A DNA stretch of 64,000 nucleotides from Gemmatimonadales bacterium (lineage in GTDB: Bacteria > Gemmatimonadota > Gemmatimonadetes > Gemmatimonadales > Gemmatimonadaceae): positions 5,156-69,155 of the forward strand of contig DATGOL010000029.1 in the NCBI GenBank assembly GCA_035306065.1, given 5' to 3'. Shown piece after piece: positions 37,164-47,749 of this stretch. The first letter of the stretch is position 1, and every line of letters begins with the position of its first letter. The notes beneath the pieces were generated by a model. It was not told where the DNA came from, did no database searches, and was given only the letters and a program-made list of their open reading frames with translations. Made by a program: the position numbers and the translations under genes.

Positions 37164-38502
37164 TGGATGTGGCTGTAGAGATTGTCGCGCTACCATCTAT
37201 TGCACCCGGCACGCGCTTGCGCAGTTCTGCGGCCAGTGATTCACGATCGAGCACAAGCGGTTCCGCACCGCCCGCACGCATCTCTCGCAACTCTACCCTG
37301 CCGTCAGGGTGAAGAATGGCGGAGCTGCGTGCCCCGGACTTCTGTGCTGCCTTGAGTTGCGCCCCGGTTCGCTGCGTTCGGAGCTTCTCCTCGTTGAGCA
37401 CGTAGTCAACACTGAACGTCTCGTTGCGAAGATACCCCACGAGACCCAGCACGTCGTGAGGCTCGGTTCCCTCCGCGGCAACCACCCACACGTCAGCTCC
37501 GTGCTGCCGGGCAGGCATCAGTCCTCGATCCCTGAGCAGTTCGCCGAGTACCACGTCGCCCAGGCCGAACCCGAGTGCGGGCAGGTCTGCACCGCCCAAC
37601 GTTGCCAGAAGCGTGTCGTACCGGCCACCACCACAGATTGCGCGGAGCTCACCCTTTGCGTCGAAGAGCTCGAACACGATTCCGGTGTAATACGCGAGGC
37701 CGCGCACGATGGAGAGATCGAATACGAGCCAGTCACCGAATCCCAGTGCATTGACTGCATCGCGGTAGCGGGCAAGACGGTCGAACTCCTCCTGCCCTGC
37801 GCCGCCGGCACGTTCACGTAACGCGTCGAGATCCCGCAACTCGCACAGCGCGAAAAGGTCCGAGATTGCTGCCTCTCCAACGCCGGCCTGCGTCATTCGC
37901 GCTGTCAGTGCCTCACGCGATTCGCGGCCCATTTTGTCCACGGCGGCATACACCGCACCGCGCTGGAGTTCGGTGATGCCGAGTGAGTCCAGCAGCGCAT
38001 TCAGCAGCCGGCGATCGGACACCCTGGCGCGCACGTCCTCCGCGCCCAGGCCGAGTTCAGCACAGATGCCGCATGCAACGCTGAGCAGTTCGGCGTCCGC
38101 CAGTACGTCGGACTCACCAACTATGTCCACGTTCAGCTGAAAGTGCTCGCGCAACCTTCCGCGCTGTGCCCGCTCGTATCGAAAGAGCTGGGGCATGGAA
38201 AACCAGCGTACCGGCTTGCGCAGGGCATTGGCGCGCGCACCGACCATGCGGGCGAAGGTAGGGGTCATCTCGGGCCGAAGAGATACAGGCCTGCCACCCT
38301 TGTCCTCGAAGCTGTAGAGCTGCCCGACAATCTCCTCGCCGCTCTTGCGAGTGTAGAGCTCGAGCGGCTCGAGAGGAGGCCCGTCGTATTCCTCGAAAGC
38401 GGCGCGGCGCGCAACGCGGCGCCAGGCGTCCATTATATGGGCTCGCTCCGCGAGGTCATCGGGATAGAAGTCGCGGAAACCGGGCAACGCACCTTGGGCC
38501 AT
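37156..38502 (-). CDS. hisS: histidine--tRNA ligase
   Basis: LPGFRDFYP...LRPEMT...[21 protein letters not shown]...D..G...AD.E...GGGRYD.L are HisRS motifs 1-3 and the HisA/HisB signature peptides. Confidence 0.93.
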   Translation of the reverse strand: MAQGALPGFRDFYPDDLAERAHIMDAWRRVARRAAFEEYDGPPLEPLELYTRKSGEEIVGQLYSFEDKGGRPVSLRPEMTPTFARMVGARANALRKPVRWFSMPQLFRYERAQRGRLREHFQLNVDIVGESDVLADAELLSVACGICAELGLGAEDVRARVSDRRLLNALLDSLGITELQRGAVYAAVDKMGRESREALTARMTQAGVGEAAISDLFALCELRDLDALRERAGGAGQEEFDRLARYRDAVNALGFGDWLVFDLSIVRGLAYYTGIVFELFDAKGELRAICGGGRYDTLLATLGGADLPALGFGLGDVVLGELLRDRGLMPARQHGADVWVVAAEGTEPHDVLGLVGYLRNETFSVDYVLNEEKLRTQRTGAQLKAAQKSGARSSAILHPDGRVELREMRAGGAEPLVLDRESLAAELRKRVPGAIDGSATISTATSNE

Positions 38503-38511
38503 CCTTTCAAT

Positions 38512-39810
38512 CTACCGGCTCAGCGGATCCACTTGCAACCGGACCATCGCATCACCAACGGTGTGGAACGAGCCGGTTACGAGAACCGTTCCGGTACCCC
38601 GTTGCGCCTCGTCCAGCGCCGCCACGAAATCGGCAACGAACTCTGCGTCCCAGCCGTGCTCGCGGGCCCAGCGTGCTGCGCCTGCCGCGTCCCATACCCT
38701 GCCGCTCGGTGCGGTCGGTGCCGTTGTGAGCACGAACCGGCCGGCATGCGGCGCGAGTGCCTCGATGATTCCCTGCCAGTCCTTGTCAGACAACACCGCC
38801 ACAAGCGCAGTTACCGGCTGGTCGAGGCCTGCTGAGCTCATCGTGCGGGCAAGAACACGCGCCCCGGCAGGGTTGTGCGCAACGTCAAAGAGCCAGCGGC
38901 CCTGCCTGTGAAAGCGACCCGGCAGGCGAACTCTTGAGAGAGCCTCCCTGGCCTGCCCGGCAGGTATGCGGTACTTCTCGCCCGCCGCGTTCAGCATGGC
39001 AAGTGCTACAGCTGCGTTCTGTGCCTGGTGCTCACCCATGAGTGGCACCCGTACCTCAAGGCCGTCCGTCGTGAGGAAACACGTGTCATGGTCGGAAACG
39101 CGAACGCTTTCTTCGCGCAGCGTCTGCCTTGCGTGGATGATTTCCGAGGCGCCCGCATCAGTGGCAGCCTTCACGAGTTCACGGGTGGCCTCGTCAGGTG
39201 CCGCGCCAATGACGGCGGGCACGCCGGCCTTGAAGATTCCGCCTTTCTCCCGCGCAATCGCCGTGAGCGATTCACCAAGGTACTCAACGTGATCTATGTC
39301 TACGCTCACTACGCCAGCCGCGAGAGGCTGAACCACGTTGGTACTGTCCAGCAGGCCGCCAAGGCCCACCTCCACCACGGCAACATCCACCTGCTCACGC
39401 GCGAAGCATTGAAAAGCGAGTGCGGTGGTTACCTCGAAGAACGTGGCATCCAGGTGCGTGATGAGCGACTCGTGCTCGTCCAGGAAGCGCACTACATCGT
39501 CGGGCGCAACTGCCCTGCCGTCCACAACAATGCGCTCGCGAAAGTCCACCAGGTGGGGAGACGTGTAGGTGCCAACCTTGAGTCCGCGCCACTGGAGCGC
39601 GCTCGCGAGCATCGCCACCACGCTCCCCTTCCCGTTGGTACCAGCAACGTGCAGTACGGGAACCGCAAGGTGCGGGTTGCCTAGTGCTGCGAGAAGTGCA
39701 GTGGTGCGCTCCAGCCCCGGCCGCACCGCGCCCGCGGTACGGCGGAAGAGTGCGTCCAGCGCCTCACGATAACCTGACCCGGCCAGCTTGTGGTTCAGGC
39801 AGACATCCAC
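38512..39810 (-). CDS. folC: bifunctional folylpolyglutamate synthase / dihydrofolate synthase
   Basis: P-loop HVAGTNGKGS, TSPHL..F.ERI, VVEVGLGG.LDSTNV, and a Mur-ligase-like C-terminal domain. The GTG start at 39810 overlaps the accD stop by 16 nt, so the start is somewhat uncertain. Confidence 0.9.
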   Translation of the reverse strand: MDVCLNHKLAGSGYREALDALFRRTAGAVRPGLERTTALLAALGNPHLAVPVLHVAGTNGKGSVVAMLASALQWRGLKVGTYTSPHLVDFRERIVVDGRAVAPDDVVRFLDEHESLITHLDATFFEVTTALAFQCFAREQVDVAVVEVGLGGLLDSTNVVQPLAAGVVSVDIDHVEYLGESLTAIAREKGGIFKAGVPAVIGAAPDEATRELVKAATDAGASEIIHARQTLREESVRVSDHDTCFLTTDGLEVRVPLMGEHQAQNAAVALAMLNAAGEKYRIPAGQAREALSRVRLPGRFHRQGRWLFDVAHNPAGARVLARTMSSAGLDQPVTALVAVLSDKDWQGIIEALAPHAGRFVLTTAPTAPSGRVWDAAGAARWAREHGWDAEFVADFVAALDEAQRGTGTVLVTGSFHTVGDAMVRLQVDPLSR

Positions 39811-40658
39811 CCGGCTGATGCCGGTTGTCCGGTCATGTGGCGAAGCAGCCTTCCCACGGTGGACTTCAGGTCGCGGCGGTGCACCACCGCATCCAGCATC
39901 CCCTTGTCGAGCAGGAATTCCGCCGTCTGGAACCCTTCGGGAAGGTCCTGCCCGATCGTCTGCTTGATCACGCGAGGCCCGGCGAATCCGATCACAGCTC
40001 CAGGTTCCGCCAGGATAGCATCACCGAGCATGGCGAAGCTGGCGCTCACGCCACCGGTAGTGGGGTTGGTGAGTATCGAGATGTACGGAATGCTCCGCTC
40101 ATCCAGCTGAGCGAGCATTGCCGATGTCTTGGCCATCTGCATCAGAGACAGCACACCTTCCTGCATACGGGCGCCGCCCGAAGCCGACAGGATAACGAGC
40201 GGCCACTTGCGCTCCTGCGATCGCTGGCCGGCACGAGCAAGCTTCTCACCAACCACCGAGCCCATGGAACCACCCATGAACGCGAAGTCCATGGCGCACA
40301 CGTTCAGCGGTGAGCCGTCCAGCCGCCCGCTGGCACTGAGTACCGCCTCAGCGTCTCCAGCGTTGTTGTGAGCCTTCTTGAGGCGCTGGGCATAGTCCGG
40401 GAAGCCCAGAGGGTCTACCGAGCGCAGGTCAGCATCATGCTCCTCGGCGGTACCGTCATCCAGAAGGATGTTTACGTAGTCAACCGCGCGGATGCGCCGA
40501 TGAAAATCACAGCTGGGGCACACGTTCAGGTTGCGCACGAACTTCTCACGAATGTCCGTATGCCCGCAGGCCTCGCACTTCTCCCAGGCATCAGGGGGAA
40601 TCTCGAGGCGCTCGCGCCGCGGAACTCGCGGCTTCTTCTCCTTCCGGAACCAGGCCAT
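39795..40658 (-). CDS. accD: acetyl-CoA carboxylase carboxyltransferase beta subunit
   Basis: N-terminal Zn-ribbon W.KCEACGH......L..N..VCPSCDFH, followed by MGGSMGSVVGEK and SGGARMQEG. Confidence 0.93.
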   Translation of the reverse strand: MAWFRKEKKPRVPRRERLEIPPDAWEKCEACGHTDIREKFVRNLNVCPSCDFHRRIRAVDYVNILLDDGTAEEHDADLRSVDPLGFPDYAQRLKKAHNNAGDAEAVLSASGRLDGSPLNVCAMDFAFMGGSMGSVVGEKLARAGQRSQERKWPLVILSASGGARMQEGVLSLMQMAKTSAMLAQLDERSIPYISILTNPTTGGVSASFAMLGDAILAEPGAVIGFAGPRVIKQTIGQDLPEGFQTAEFLLDKGMLDAVVHRRDLKSTVGRLLRHMTGQPASAGWMSA

Positions 40659-40736
40659 AGCGCCAAATGTGGCCGCACGCCCGGCTTTGGCACAAGGGAC
40701 AGCCTGTTTCCTCGCCGAAAACCCGCGGCTGGAATA

Positions 40737-41981
40737 TCAGATGGCCAGTCTGCCGGCTCGCCCCCGGCCTTCCATGCTGACACGGAGCAGAATTCCCACG
40801 GCAATCCAGCTGGCGAGCATGAACGAGCCCCCGTAGCTGAAGAATGGAAGCGGAATTCCGGTGATGGGCATGAGGTTCAGCGTCATGCCGATGTTCACCA
40901 CCACGTGTACGAACCACGATGAGAGCAGTCCGAAGGCCACCAGGCTGCCGAATGGATCGTTCGCCCGCTCCGCGACCCTTACGGTGCGGAGGAACAGCAG
41001 CGCGAACAGCCCGAGCGCCACCATCACTCCGATGAAGCCCAGCTCTTCGCCGACAACGGCGAAGATGAAGTCCGTGTGCTGTTCCGGCAGGAATGCCAGG
41101 CGTTTCTGGGAGCCGCTCGTGTAGCCCGAACCGAACCAGCCACCGGAGCCTATCGCGATCTTCGACTGGATTACGTGGTAACCCGAATTTCGCGGATCCC
41201 GTGACGGGTCAAGGAATACGAGCAGCCGGTTCTGCTGGTAAGGGGCAAGCCGGTCCCACAGCATGGGCGCGATGACACCCATTGCAACGTTGGCGGTAAC
41301 TATCGAGACCCCTTCGAGCAGATAGGGTCTGTGATAGAAAACGAACGCCAGCAGCAACAGGAACCACGCGCCCCACACCCACGTGCTGAACGAGAGAATG
41401 AGGCTCACCGCGGGACTGGCAAGCAGCACCAGCAGCTGCCACGGTACGCCACTCCAGAACAGCATCGCGAAGAAGATTCCCACGAACACAATGCCGGTGC
41501 CGAGGTCGGGCTGTGCCATGATCAGCACCCACGGCATGAACACCACGATTGCGGGCAGCCAGAGATCCAGCAGTGACCTGGCGGGCTCCCTTCGGGACGC
41601 CAGCACCTTGGCCAGCATCAGCACCACCACGATCTTCGCAAACTCTGCCGGCTGGATTCGCGCGGGGCCGATTCCGATCCAGCTCTTGGTGCTTGCCGCC
41701 GTGCCGGCACCGCCACCCAATATCAACGTGAGGGCAAGTAGAGCCAGCATAGCCACGTAGGCCGGCGTGGTCAGCCAATCCATTACGCGAACGGACAGCC
41801 TGCTTGCCACGAGCGCACCAGCCAGCGCAACTGCAACCCAGAACAGCTGCATCTGCCACAGGCCCGTGGCCGTTGAGCGTACGTCCGTTTGTCCAGCTGA
41901 ATAGACCATTGCCACGCCGTACGCCGTAAGCGCGAGCGCGGTGAGAACCAGCGGGAGGTCGCCTACGATGCGGCGCAGCAC
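40737..41981 (-). CDS. rodA: peptidoglycan glycosyltransferase RodA (SEDS family)
   Basis: 414 aa and polytopic. Contains IQPAEFAK, GSGY..G.Q..L.FLPE.HTDFIFAV..EE.G and LPFFSYGGS. Located immediately downstream of mrdA in the mre cluster. Confidence 0.9.
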   Translation of the reverse strand: MLRRIVGDLPLVLTALALTAYGVAMVYSAGQTDVRSTATGLWQMQLFWVAVALAGALVASRLSVRVMDWLTTPAYVAMLALLALTLILGGGAGTAASTKSWIGIGPARIQPAEFAKIVVVLMLAKVLASRREPARSLLDLWLPAIVVFMPWVLIMAQPDLGTGIVFVGIFFAMLFWSGVPWQLLVLLASPAVSLILSFSTWVWGAWFLLLLAFVFYHRPYLLEGVSIVTANVAMGVIAPMLWDRLAPYQQNRLLVFLDPSRDPRNSGYHVIQSKIAIGSGGWFGSGYTSGSQKRLAFLPEQHTDFIFAVVGEELGFIGVMVALGLFALLFLRTVRVAERANDPFGSLVAFGLLSSWFVHVVVNIGMTLNLMPITGIPLPFFSYGGSFMLASWIAVGILLRVSMEGRGRAGRLAI

Positions 41982-41988
41982 CGAATGG

Positions 41989-43764
41989 CTACTCCAGGTT
42001 CTCGGTTACCGGGATTGGCGCAGTGGGAGCGCGGAAGTAGCGCTCGAAGATCGACGACGCGACTCGTGCGGCAGCCGAGCCGCTCTGTCCGTACTCGATC
42101 ATCACGGCAACCACCAGGCGGGGGTCTTCCACCGGGGCGAATCCTACGAACCATGCATGGTTGGGACCGTGCGGGTTCTGTGCAGTGCCTGTCTTTCCCG
42201 CAATCTGAATTCCCTGCACCTGCGCACTTCCTGCAGTTCCGCGAGACGACACCACATCCAGCATGGCCAGGCGCAAACTTGCCATCTGCTCCGGCGTCAG
42301 GTTGAGAACCTTCACGCGGTTCGGTACATCCTGCTTCACGATGGACGGTGTTGCGGCATGCCCGTCCGTAGCGAGTGCAGTGTAGAACCGCGCCATGTTG
42401 GTCACGGTCTGCGCGTTCTCACCCTGGCCGATTGAAAGGTTCATTGCAACCGAACCCTCGGTCCAGCCGCGGGGGCCGAAGGTTTCGTTGTAATAGTCTA
42501 TGGTTTCCGGAAAGATGCCCGGGTTTTCGCCGGGAAGGTCAATGCCGCTTCGTTCGTGCATGTGCAGGTCCACACCGCCCGCGAGCAGACGGCGCAGGCC
42601 AATCTGCCTGCCTAACTGGTAGAAGTACACGTTGCATGAACCTGCAATGGCTCCGCGCAGGTCCACGTTGCCGTGACCATCGCGCTTCCAGCACCGCCAG
42701 TACCTGCCGCCATATGAAATACCGCCGTTGCACGCCACCGGCATGCGCGTCTCGGGCTGCACGAGTCCGAGTTCCAGGCCCATTGCAGCCGTAGCCAGCT
42801 TGTAGGTGGACGCCGGCTCGTATCGCCCCTTCAAAGCCTTGTTGTAAAGCGGCTTTCGGGGGTCCGTATTAAGCGAGTCATAGTACTGGAATGACACCCC
42901 GCCAATGAACCGGTTGGGGTTGAACCCAGGTGCGCTGTGCAGCGCGATGACACCGCCGGTATTGGGATCCAGCGCAACGATACCACCCTGCAGCGTGTCC
43001 ATCAGCGTTACGACATGGCGCTGAAGGTCGAGATCTATGTTGGTATGAAGCGGCGGTGGGGACTCGGCAGGCAGTTCGGTGCGTGCACCGCGCTCGCGGA
43101 CGATGCGATTCCGTGCGTCCACTTCCACGAAGCGCGTACCCTCACGACCGCGAAGCAGTGACTCGTATGACCTCTCGAGCCCATCGCGGCCTACCTGCTG
43201 TCCCGCCGTGTAGTCCGCAAACTCCGGCCGGGTGAGCTCCCGCTCATCGATTTCAGCCGTGTAACCCACGAACGCGGAAACCGCTGCGCCATCGGGGTAA
43301 TACCGCTTTGGCGCCGACTGAACCACCAGTCCCGGGAAGTCGGTACGCAGCTCTTCCAGCACGCTCACCATGTCGAACTCGGCATCCGAGAATACGAGCG
43401 CCGGACGACTGGGCATTGCGCGATAGCGTCGAACGGTTGCGTCAATCTGTCGCTGCGTGAGCTCGATGGAGTTGGAAAGCTGCTCGAGAGTTACGCGCAG
43501 GCTGTCTTCGTTCTTCGCAATGATTGACACCGAGTAACCCGGTACGCTCTCGGCAATGACGCGACCGTGGCGATCATAAATGATTCCACGCGGCGCGGGC
43601 AGCGGAATGGGGCGTAGCCTGTTCGTCTCGCTCTGCAGAGCGAACTGTTCGTGCTCGATTACCTGCGTGCGGAAAAACGCAGCGCCCAGCAGAATCAGCG
43701 GCAGGAGCACCAGAACGGCCGCGGCAATCGCGCGGCGCCGAACGTCGTGAGGGTGGAAGCTCAT
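41989..43764 (-). CDS. mrdA: penicillin-binding protein 2 (elongasome transpeptidase)
   Basis: N-terminal TM helix, PBP dimerisation domain, and transpeptidase motifs S-x-x-K (PASTYK), S-x-N (SCN) and K-T-G (KTGTA). mreBCD-mrdA-rodA synteny. Confidence 0.92.
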   Translation of the reverse strand: MSFHPHDVRRRAIAAAVLVLLPLILLGAAFFRTQVIEHEQFALQSETNRLRPIPLPAPRGIIYDRHGRVIAESVPGYSVSIIAKNEDSLRVTLEQLSNSIELTQRQIDATVRRYRAMPSRPALVFSDAEFDMVSVLEELRTDFPGLVVQSAPKRYYPDGAAVSAFVGYTAEIDERELTRPEFADYTAGQQVGRDGLERSYESLLRGREGTRFVEVDARNRIVRERGARTELPAESPPPLHTNIDLDLQRHVVTLMDTLQGGIVALDPNTGGVIALHSAPGFNPNRFIGGVSFQYYDSLNTDPRKPLYNKALKGRYEPASTYKLATAAMGLELGLVQPETRMPVACNGGISYGGRYWRCWKRDGHGNVDLRGAIAGSCNVYFYQLGRQIGLRRLLAGGVDLHMHERSGIDLPGENPGIFPETIDYYNETFGPRGWTEGSVAMNLSIGQGENAQTVTNMARFYTALATDGHAATPSIVKQDVPNRVKVLNLTPEQMASLRLAMLDVVSSRGTAGSAQVQGIQIAGKTGTAQNPHGPNHAWFVGFAPVEDPRLVVAVMIEYGQSGSAAARVASSIFERYFRAPTAPIPVTENLE

Positions 43765-44249
43765 GCGCTACGCACCTCCAGCAGCGGCCGCAACAGCAGC
43801 AGCAGGAACACTCCCATGGCTGCGGTAACTGCGGCCGAAAGTGGTGACCAGAGTAATGCGTCCATTGCAAAGCCGGGTGACCCGAAATTCCCCTCAGCCA
43901 GCATCTGCAGCAGGTTGAACACCCACTTGCCCATGAAGAAGAAGAAACCGGTAAGTGCAATGTTGTCTGCGAAAAACATTGCCTTGAGCCAGGAAGCGGA
44001 AAAGCCGATGAGGCACATGGCGAGTGCCGCGGAGCCCATGTGTCCGGGTGCCAGCGCATCCGAAAGCAGGCCGATAAGAAGCCCGGAAACAGCTGCCGCG
44101 CCAGGACGAAGGCGCACAGCGAGCACGAGCAGGGCCACGATCAGGAAGTCCGGCGAGGCACGCCAGCCGAGTAGTGGCCTGAGTGTGTAATGTAGTGCAA
44201 CGAGCGCAATGCAGAGCAGCGCTACGCGCAGGAATTGGCCCATGGTCAC
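43761..44249 (-). CDS. mreD: rod shape-determining protein MreD
   Basis: 162-aa polytopic hydrophobic protein between mreC and mrdA, with 4-nt overlaps on both sides. Confidence 0.8.
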   Translation of the reverse strand: MTMGQFLRVALLCIALVALHYTLRPLLGWRASPDFLIVALLVLAVRLRPGAAAVSGLLIGLLSDALAPGHMGSAALAMCLIGFSASWLKAMFFADNIALTGFFFFMGKWVFNLLQMLAEGNFGSPGFAMDALLWSPLSAAVTAAMGVFLLLLLRPLLEVRSA

Positions 44250-45409
44250 TGCCGGCGTGCTCCTGGCGCCGGAACCGCCGGCGCCATGGCGAACGCATCG
44301 TCATCGTCCGGCGGCGGTGCATTGGGTGGCGGACGTACCGCGGGCTGGGCGGATGGAGGCAGCGTCGGAATGGCGAGCCTCGCAGCGGCATCTGCAGCCG
44401 CGGAGATGCTGTCTGCACGAAGCGAATCGGCCCTCCGGCGCTCCGCTTCGCGAGCCCTAAGCAGCGCCTGAACCCGTGCGGCCGAGTCTGCCACAACTGA
44501 ATCCGCGGCGGCCCGGAGCGCCCGGAGCGCCGAATCGGCATCGGCAGGAAGCTGCCACGCGCCGATAAGTCCCTCATCACGCTGCTCGTTTCGCACTATC
44601 ATCACCAGCCCAACGTCGGCCGGTGTCACCACCGGACGAAGCAGGTAGGTGCGCTGAAAGCCGCCGCCCTCGGGACTCAGCTCGCCGACCACGGTTCCAA
44701 CCGGAATGCCTATCGGGTAGGCCACGCCCAGCCCGGAAGTGACAATGGTGGAACCAGCGGGCAGAGTATCCCGAACGCGTACCCACGTGAGGCGGAGCAG
44801 GAACGGAGCGGGGTCGTCGCCTGCGACTTCGAATGACTCCGAGCCTGGCAGGTACGGCTGAACCATCCCGAACACGCGGCCGTCCGCAGACATCGCGCTT
44901 ACCCGAAAATCCGGATGCGAGAGCAGAATGGCTTCGCTCGTGAGGGGGTCGACGGCGCGCACGAGACCAACCAGTCCCTGCGGCGTGACCACGGGCATGC
45001 GACGCTGAACACCAGCGTTGGCACCTGCCGACAGCAGTACGCTGTTGCCCTCTCCAGGGCCCTGCGTACCAAGTACCTCCGCCGGTACAAAATCCACGTC
45101 CAGGCGCTGCCCCAGCCCGAGCAGTCCACGCAGATGCGAGTTTTCGGTGCGCAGCGTCTGTGTGACCATCGTCTGGAGTGCCAGGCTGTCGATGGCGCGT
45201 GTTGTAGAATCGTGCGCGAGGATAGCCATGCGTCCGCGCTCTGCCCTCGTCTGCAGGGTAACGAGAGGCGTGCCTACGGTGTTGCGGATTGCGGAAGCAA
45301 GGCGGTCCCGCGTGAGGCGCGGAAGAACGAGGATGAGAAGCGCGAGCGCAACGCAGACGGCCAGGACAACGGCATCCGCTCGGGATCCCTGGGCAGCGGT
45401 GCGCGCCAC
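44246..45409 (-). CDS. mreC: rod shape-determining protein MreC with long Ala/Pro/Arg-rich C-terminal tail
   Basis: N-terminal TM helix (AVVLAVCVALALLILVL), coiled-coil (LRTENSHLRGLLGL), and a beta-rich core (VVTPQGLVGLV....S.V.L..D......TSG..G.YP.G.PVG.V). GTG start at 45409. Confidence 0.88.
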   Translation of the reverse strand: MARTAAQGSRADAVVLAVCVALALLILVLPRLTRDRLASAIRNTVGTPLVTLQTRAERGRMAILAHDSTTRAIDSLALQTMVTQTLRTENSHLRGLLGLGQRLDVDFVPAEVLGTQGPGEGNSVLLSAGANAGVQRRMPVVTPQGLVGLVRAVDPLTSEAILLSHPDFRVSAMSADGRVFGMVQPYLPGSESFEVAGDDPAPFLLRLTWVRVRDTLPAGSTIVTSGLGVAYPIGIPVGTVVGELSPEGGGFQRTYLLRPVVTPADVGLVMIVRNEQRDEGLIGAWQLPADADSALRALRAAADSVVADSAARVQALLRAREAERRRADSLRADSISAAADAAARLAIPTLPPSAQPAVRPPPNAPPPDDDDAFAMAPAVPAPGARRQ

Positions 45410-45416
45410 TGCTCGC

Positions 45417-46454
45417 TCAGCTGCTCAGGACTGACCAGTACTTGTCCTCGTCGTCCAGAATGCGGCCTGTACCTCGGACAACGCAGGTAAGCGGATCTTC
45501 ATCAACGTGGATTGGCAGGTTCGTCTCCTGGCTGAGGAGCACGTCCAATCCGCGAATGAGAGCACCGCCGCCGGTCATTACGATTCCGCGATCCACGATA
45601 TCCGAGGCGAGCTCCGGCGGCGTGATCTCCAGCGCACGACGCACACCGTCAACGATCTGCTGGATCGGCTCCTGGATTGCCTCACGAATCTCCGCGGAGT
45701 GCACACGAATGGTTTTCGGAATACCCGAAACCAGGTCGCGGCCCTTTACCTCCATCTCGCGCTCCTCGCCAACCGGGAACGCAGATCCGATCTGGATCTT
45801 GATCTGCTCAGCCGTGGGCTCACCGATGAGCAGGTTGTAGTTCTTGCGCATGAACTGCACGATCGCGATGTCCAGCTCATCGCCACCCGTGCGAATCGAC
45901 GTGTCGCTCACGATACCCGAGAGCGCGATCACCGCGATCTCCGTGGTACCGCCACCGATGTCAATCACCATGTTGCCGGTAGGCGTGTCGACAGGCAGCC
46001 CGACTCCAATGGCAGCAGCCATCGGTTCGGCAACCATGAACACTTCCTTGGCTCCGGCTCCAAGCGCGCTGTCCCTCACGGCGCGCTTCTCCACCTCGGT
46101 GATGCCGCTCGGCACGCAGATGATCACGCGAGGCTTCACCTTGAACAGGTGATTCTCGATGATGAGCGCCAGGAAGTAGCGCAGCATCTTCTCGGTCACG
46201 TCGAAGTCGGCAATAACGCCGTCCTTCATTGGCCGAACCGCGATCACACCCTCGGGCGTGCGGCCCAGCATACGCTTCGCCTCCAGCCCAACGCCCTTGA
46301 TCTTCTTGGTCTCGCGATCCATCGCGACAACGGAAGGCTCGTTGAGCACGATTCCCTCGCCTTTTACATAGACGAGAGTATTGGCAGTGCCGAGATCTAC
46401 GGCGATCTCAGTGGCGGGAAACAGAGTCCCACGCTTGAAGAACGGCCAGCGCAT
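45417..46454 (-). CDS. mreB: rod shape-determining protein MreB
   Basis: [28 protein letters not shown]...[11 protein letters not shown]...[12 protein letters not shown]...GGDE.D..I are actin-fold motifs; 345 aa. Confidence 0.96.
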   Translation of the reverse strand: MRWPFFKRGTLFPATEIAVDLGTANTLVYVKGEGIVLNEPSVVAMDRETKKIKGVGLEAKRMLGRTPEGVIAVRPMKDGVIADFDVTEKMLRYFLALIIENHLFKVKPRVIICVPSGITEVEKRAVRDSALGAGAKEVFMVAEPMAAAIGVGLPVDTPTGNMVIDIGGGTTEIAVIALSGIVSDTSIRTGGDELDIAIVQFMRKNYNLLIGEPTAEQIKIQIGSAFPVGEEREMEVKGRDLVSGIPKTIRVHSAEIREAIQEPIQQIVDGVRRALEITPPELASDIVDRGIVMTGGGALIRGLDVLLSQETNLPIHVDEDPLTCVVRGTGRILDDEDKYWSVLSS

Positions 46455-46809
46455 GCAGAACCGGTTCGGACGCCGTGTCTGGCACGGCGCGTCAGCAGGA
46501 TAGGGGCGATTTACGGGCGTAAGCTAAGGCTGCCTGTGAGGCGCGACAAGGCATTGTGCAGTCATCACCTAGACGATTCGTCACACCCCGTCATGGTGAC
46601 GACGCCCACGGTGTGCTCTCCGTCACGTTGCTGCACTCGGATGGCGAAGCGAGACCAGGTGTCGGGTGGTCCGCCCGTCACTGATCCGGGAGCTGTCCGG
46701 CGGGCCAGATGAACCGCTGTACTGGCTCCCGGACTCGGTAACGGGACGCAGAGTGCCTGACGGGAACCGGAATATTTACCGGAACGTGTTCAGCTACAGG
46801 AAGACTATT

Positions 46810-47688
46810 TCATCCCAGGGCGGGCACCGCGCTTTCCGACGGAGCCTCTGCAGAACCATAGACGGCCGCAGGAGACGCCGCACCCGACTTCGGCGCAACG
46901 ACCGCACCACGCTCGGCAAGCAGCAGCACGGGAGAACGCAGCTTCGTTCCGGCGCCGAGCCTCGCAAGCGACGATTCCAGGCCGCTGGAGATGGAAGGAC
47001 TGCGCAAGGTTCGATGCATGAACATCGGCACCATGAACTGCGCGTGAACCCTGGTCACCTGAAGACCACACTCCTCCAGCGCAGAAGACACGGCCTTCTC
47101 GCTGTAGGTGTAGAAAGGGCGCGGGGTGCGCTCCAGCCGCTGCTTCAGCCGGAAGATGGTGCGGCCGAGGGGACCGATGTCCAGAAGCCCGTGGGTGCGT
47201 GCAAACTCCACCACGACCCAACGCCGACTCACTCGGGACATTTCAGCGAGTAGTGCCTTCCATGCCCTCACGTGCGCGAGCAGGCGAACACCGATAACGA
47301 GATCGAAGGTGCCAGCGGCAAACGGGAGTCGCCAGAGTGAAGACGCAACGCAGGAATCGAGATCCGGATGCTCAGGACGAAGCAGCTGAAAGCAGCTCTC
47401 ATGGCTTCCCTGAACGACCACCTCGTGGCCGGCATCCAGCAGGAGCCTCGTGAGCTGGCCATGACCACCGCCCATGTCGAGAACTCGCAACCTGGTTGTC
47501 GAGCTGCTTACCGCAATGTGCTCGAGGAGGTCGCGTACACCACTTGCCTGGCGCTCGAGCATCCACTCGCCTGTGGGACCCGCAAAACGTTGAGCATAGG
47601 GCGCACTTGCCGTATGCACGTCGGGCGTGGCGGTATCGTGGGTACCCGTTCCTACCAGATGTACCGGTGAACTCGACAAGAACTCCAC
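46810..47688 (-). CDS. class I SAM-dependent methyltransferase
   Basis: SAM-binding motif I VLDMGGGHGQLT, post-I acidic residue (LLDAGHEVVV), and a motif II-like FDLVIG. Substrate is unknown, and the N-terminal 45 aa or so and the start are uncertain. Confidence 0.65.
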   Translation of the reverse strand: MEFLSSSPVHLVGTGTHDTATPDVHTASAPYAQRFAGPTGEWMLERQASGVRDLLEHIAVSSSTTRLRVLDMGGGHGQLTRLLLDAGHEVVVQGSHESCFQLLRPEHPDLDSCVASSLWRLPFAAGTFDLVIGVRLLAHVRAWKALLAEMSRVSRRWVVVEFARTHGLLDIGPLGRTIFRLKQRLERTPRPFYTYSEKAVSSALEECGLQVTRVHAQFMVPMFMHRTLRSPSISSGLESSLARLGAGTKLRSPVLLLAERGAVVAPKSGAASPAAVYGSAEAPSESAVPALG

Positions 47689-47749
47689 TCCAGGCTGAGT
47701 ACTACGATCAACGACCGGTCAGCCGCACACGCAACACTATTTCGGTTTC

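Noticed and set aside
35637-37178. 513-aa plus-strand ORF
   Set aside because: It is fully antisense to proS, whose class II aaRS motifs are unambiguous. This is a GC-bias artefact.
46455-46809. Possible SRP RNA, RNase P RNA or 6S RNA in the mreB upstream region
   Set aside because: I found none of the conserved strings I know on either strand (4.5S GGAAGCAGCC-type helix-8 motif, RNase P GAGGAAAGUCCGGGC). 6S RNA cannot be recognised by eye. The region is kept only as a low-interest structured-region finding.
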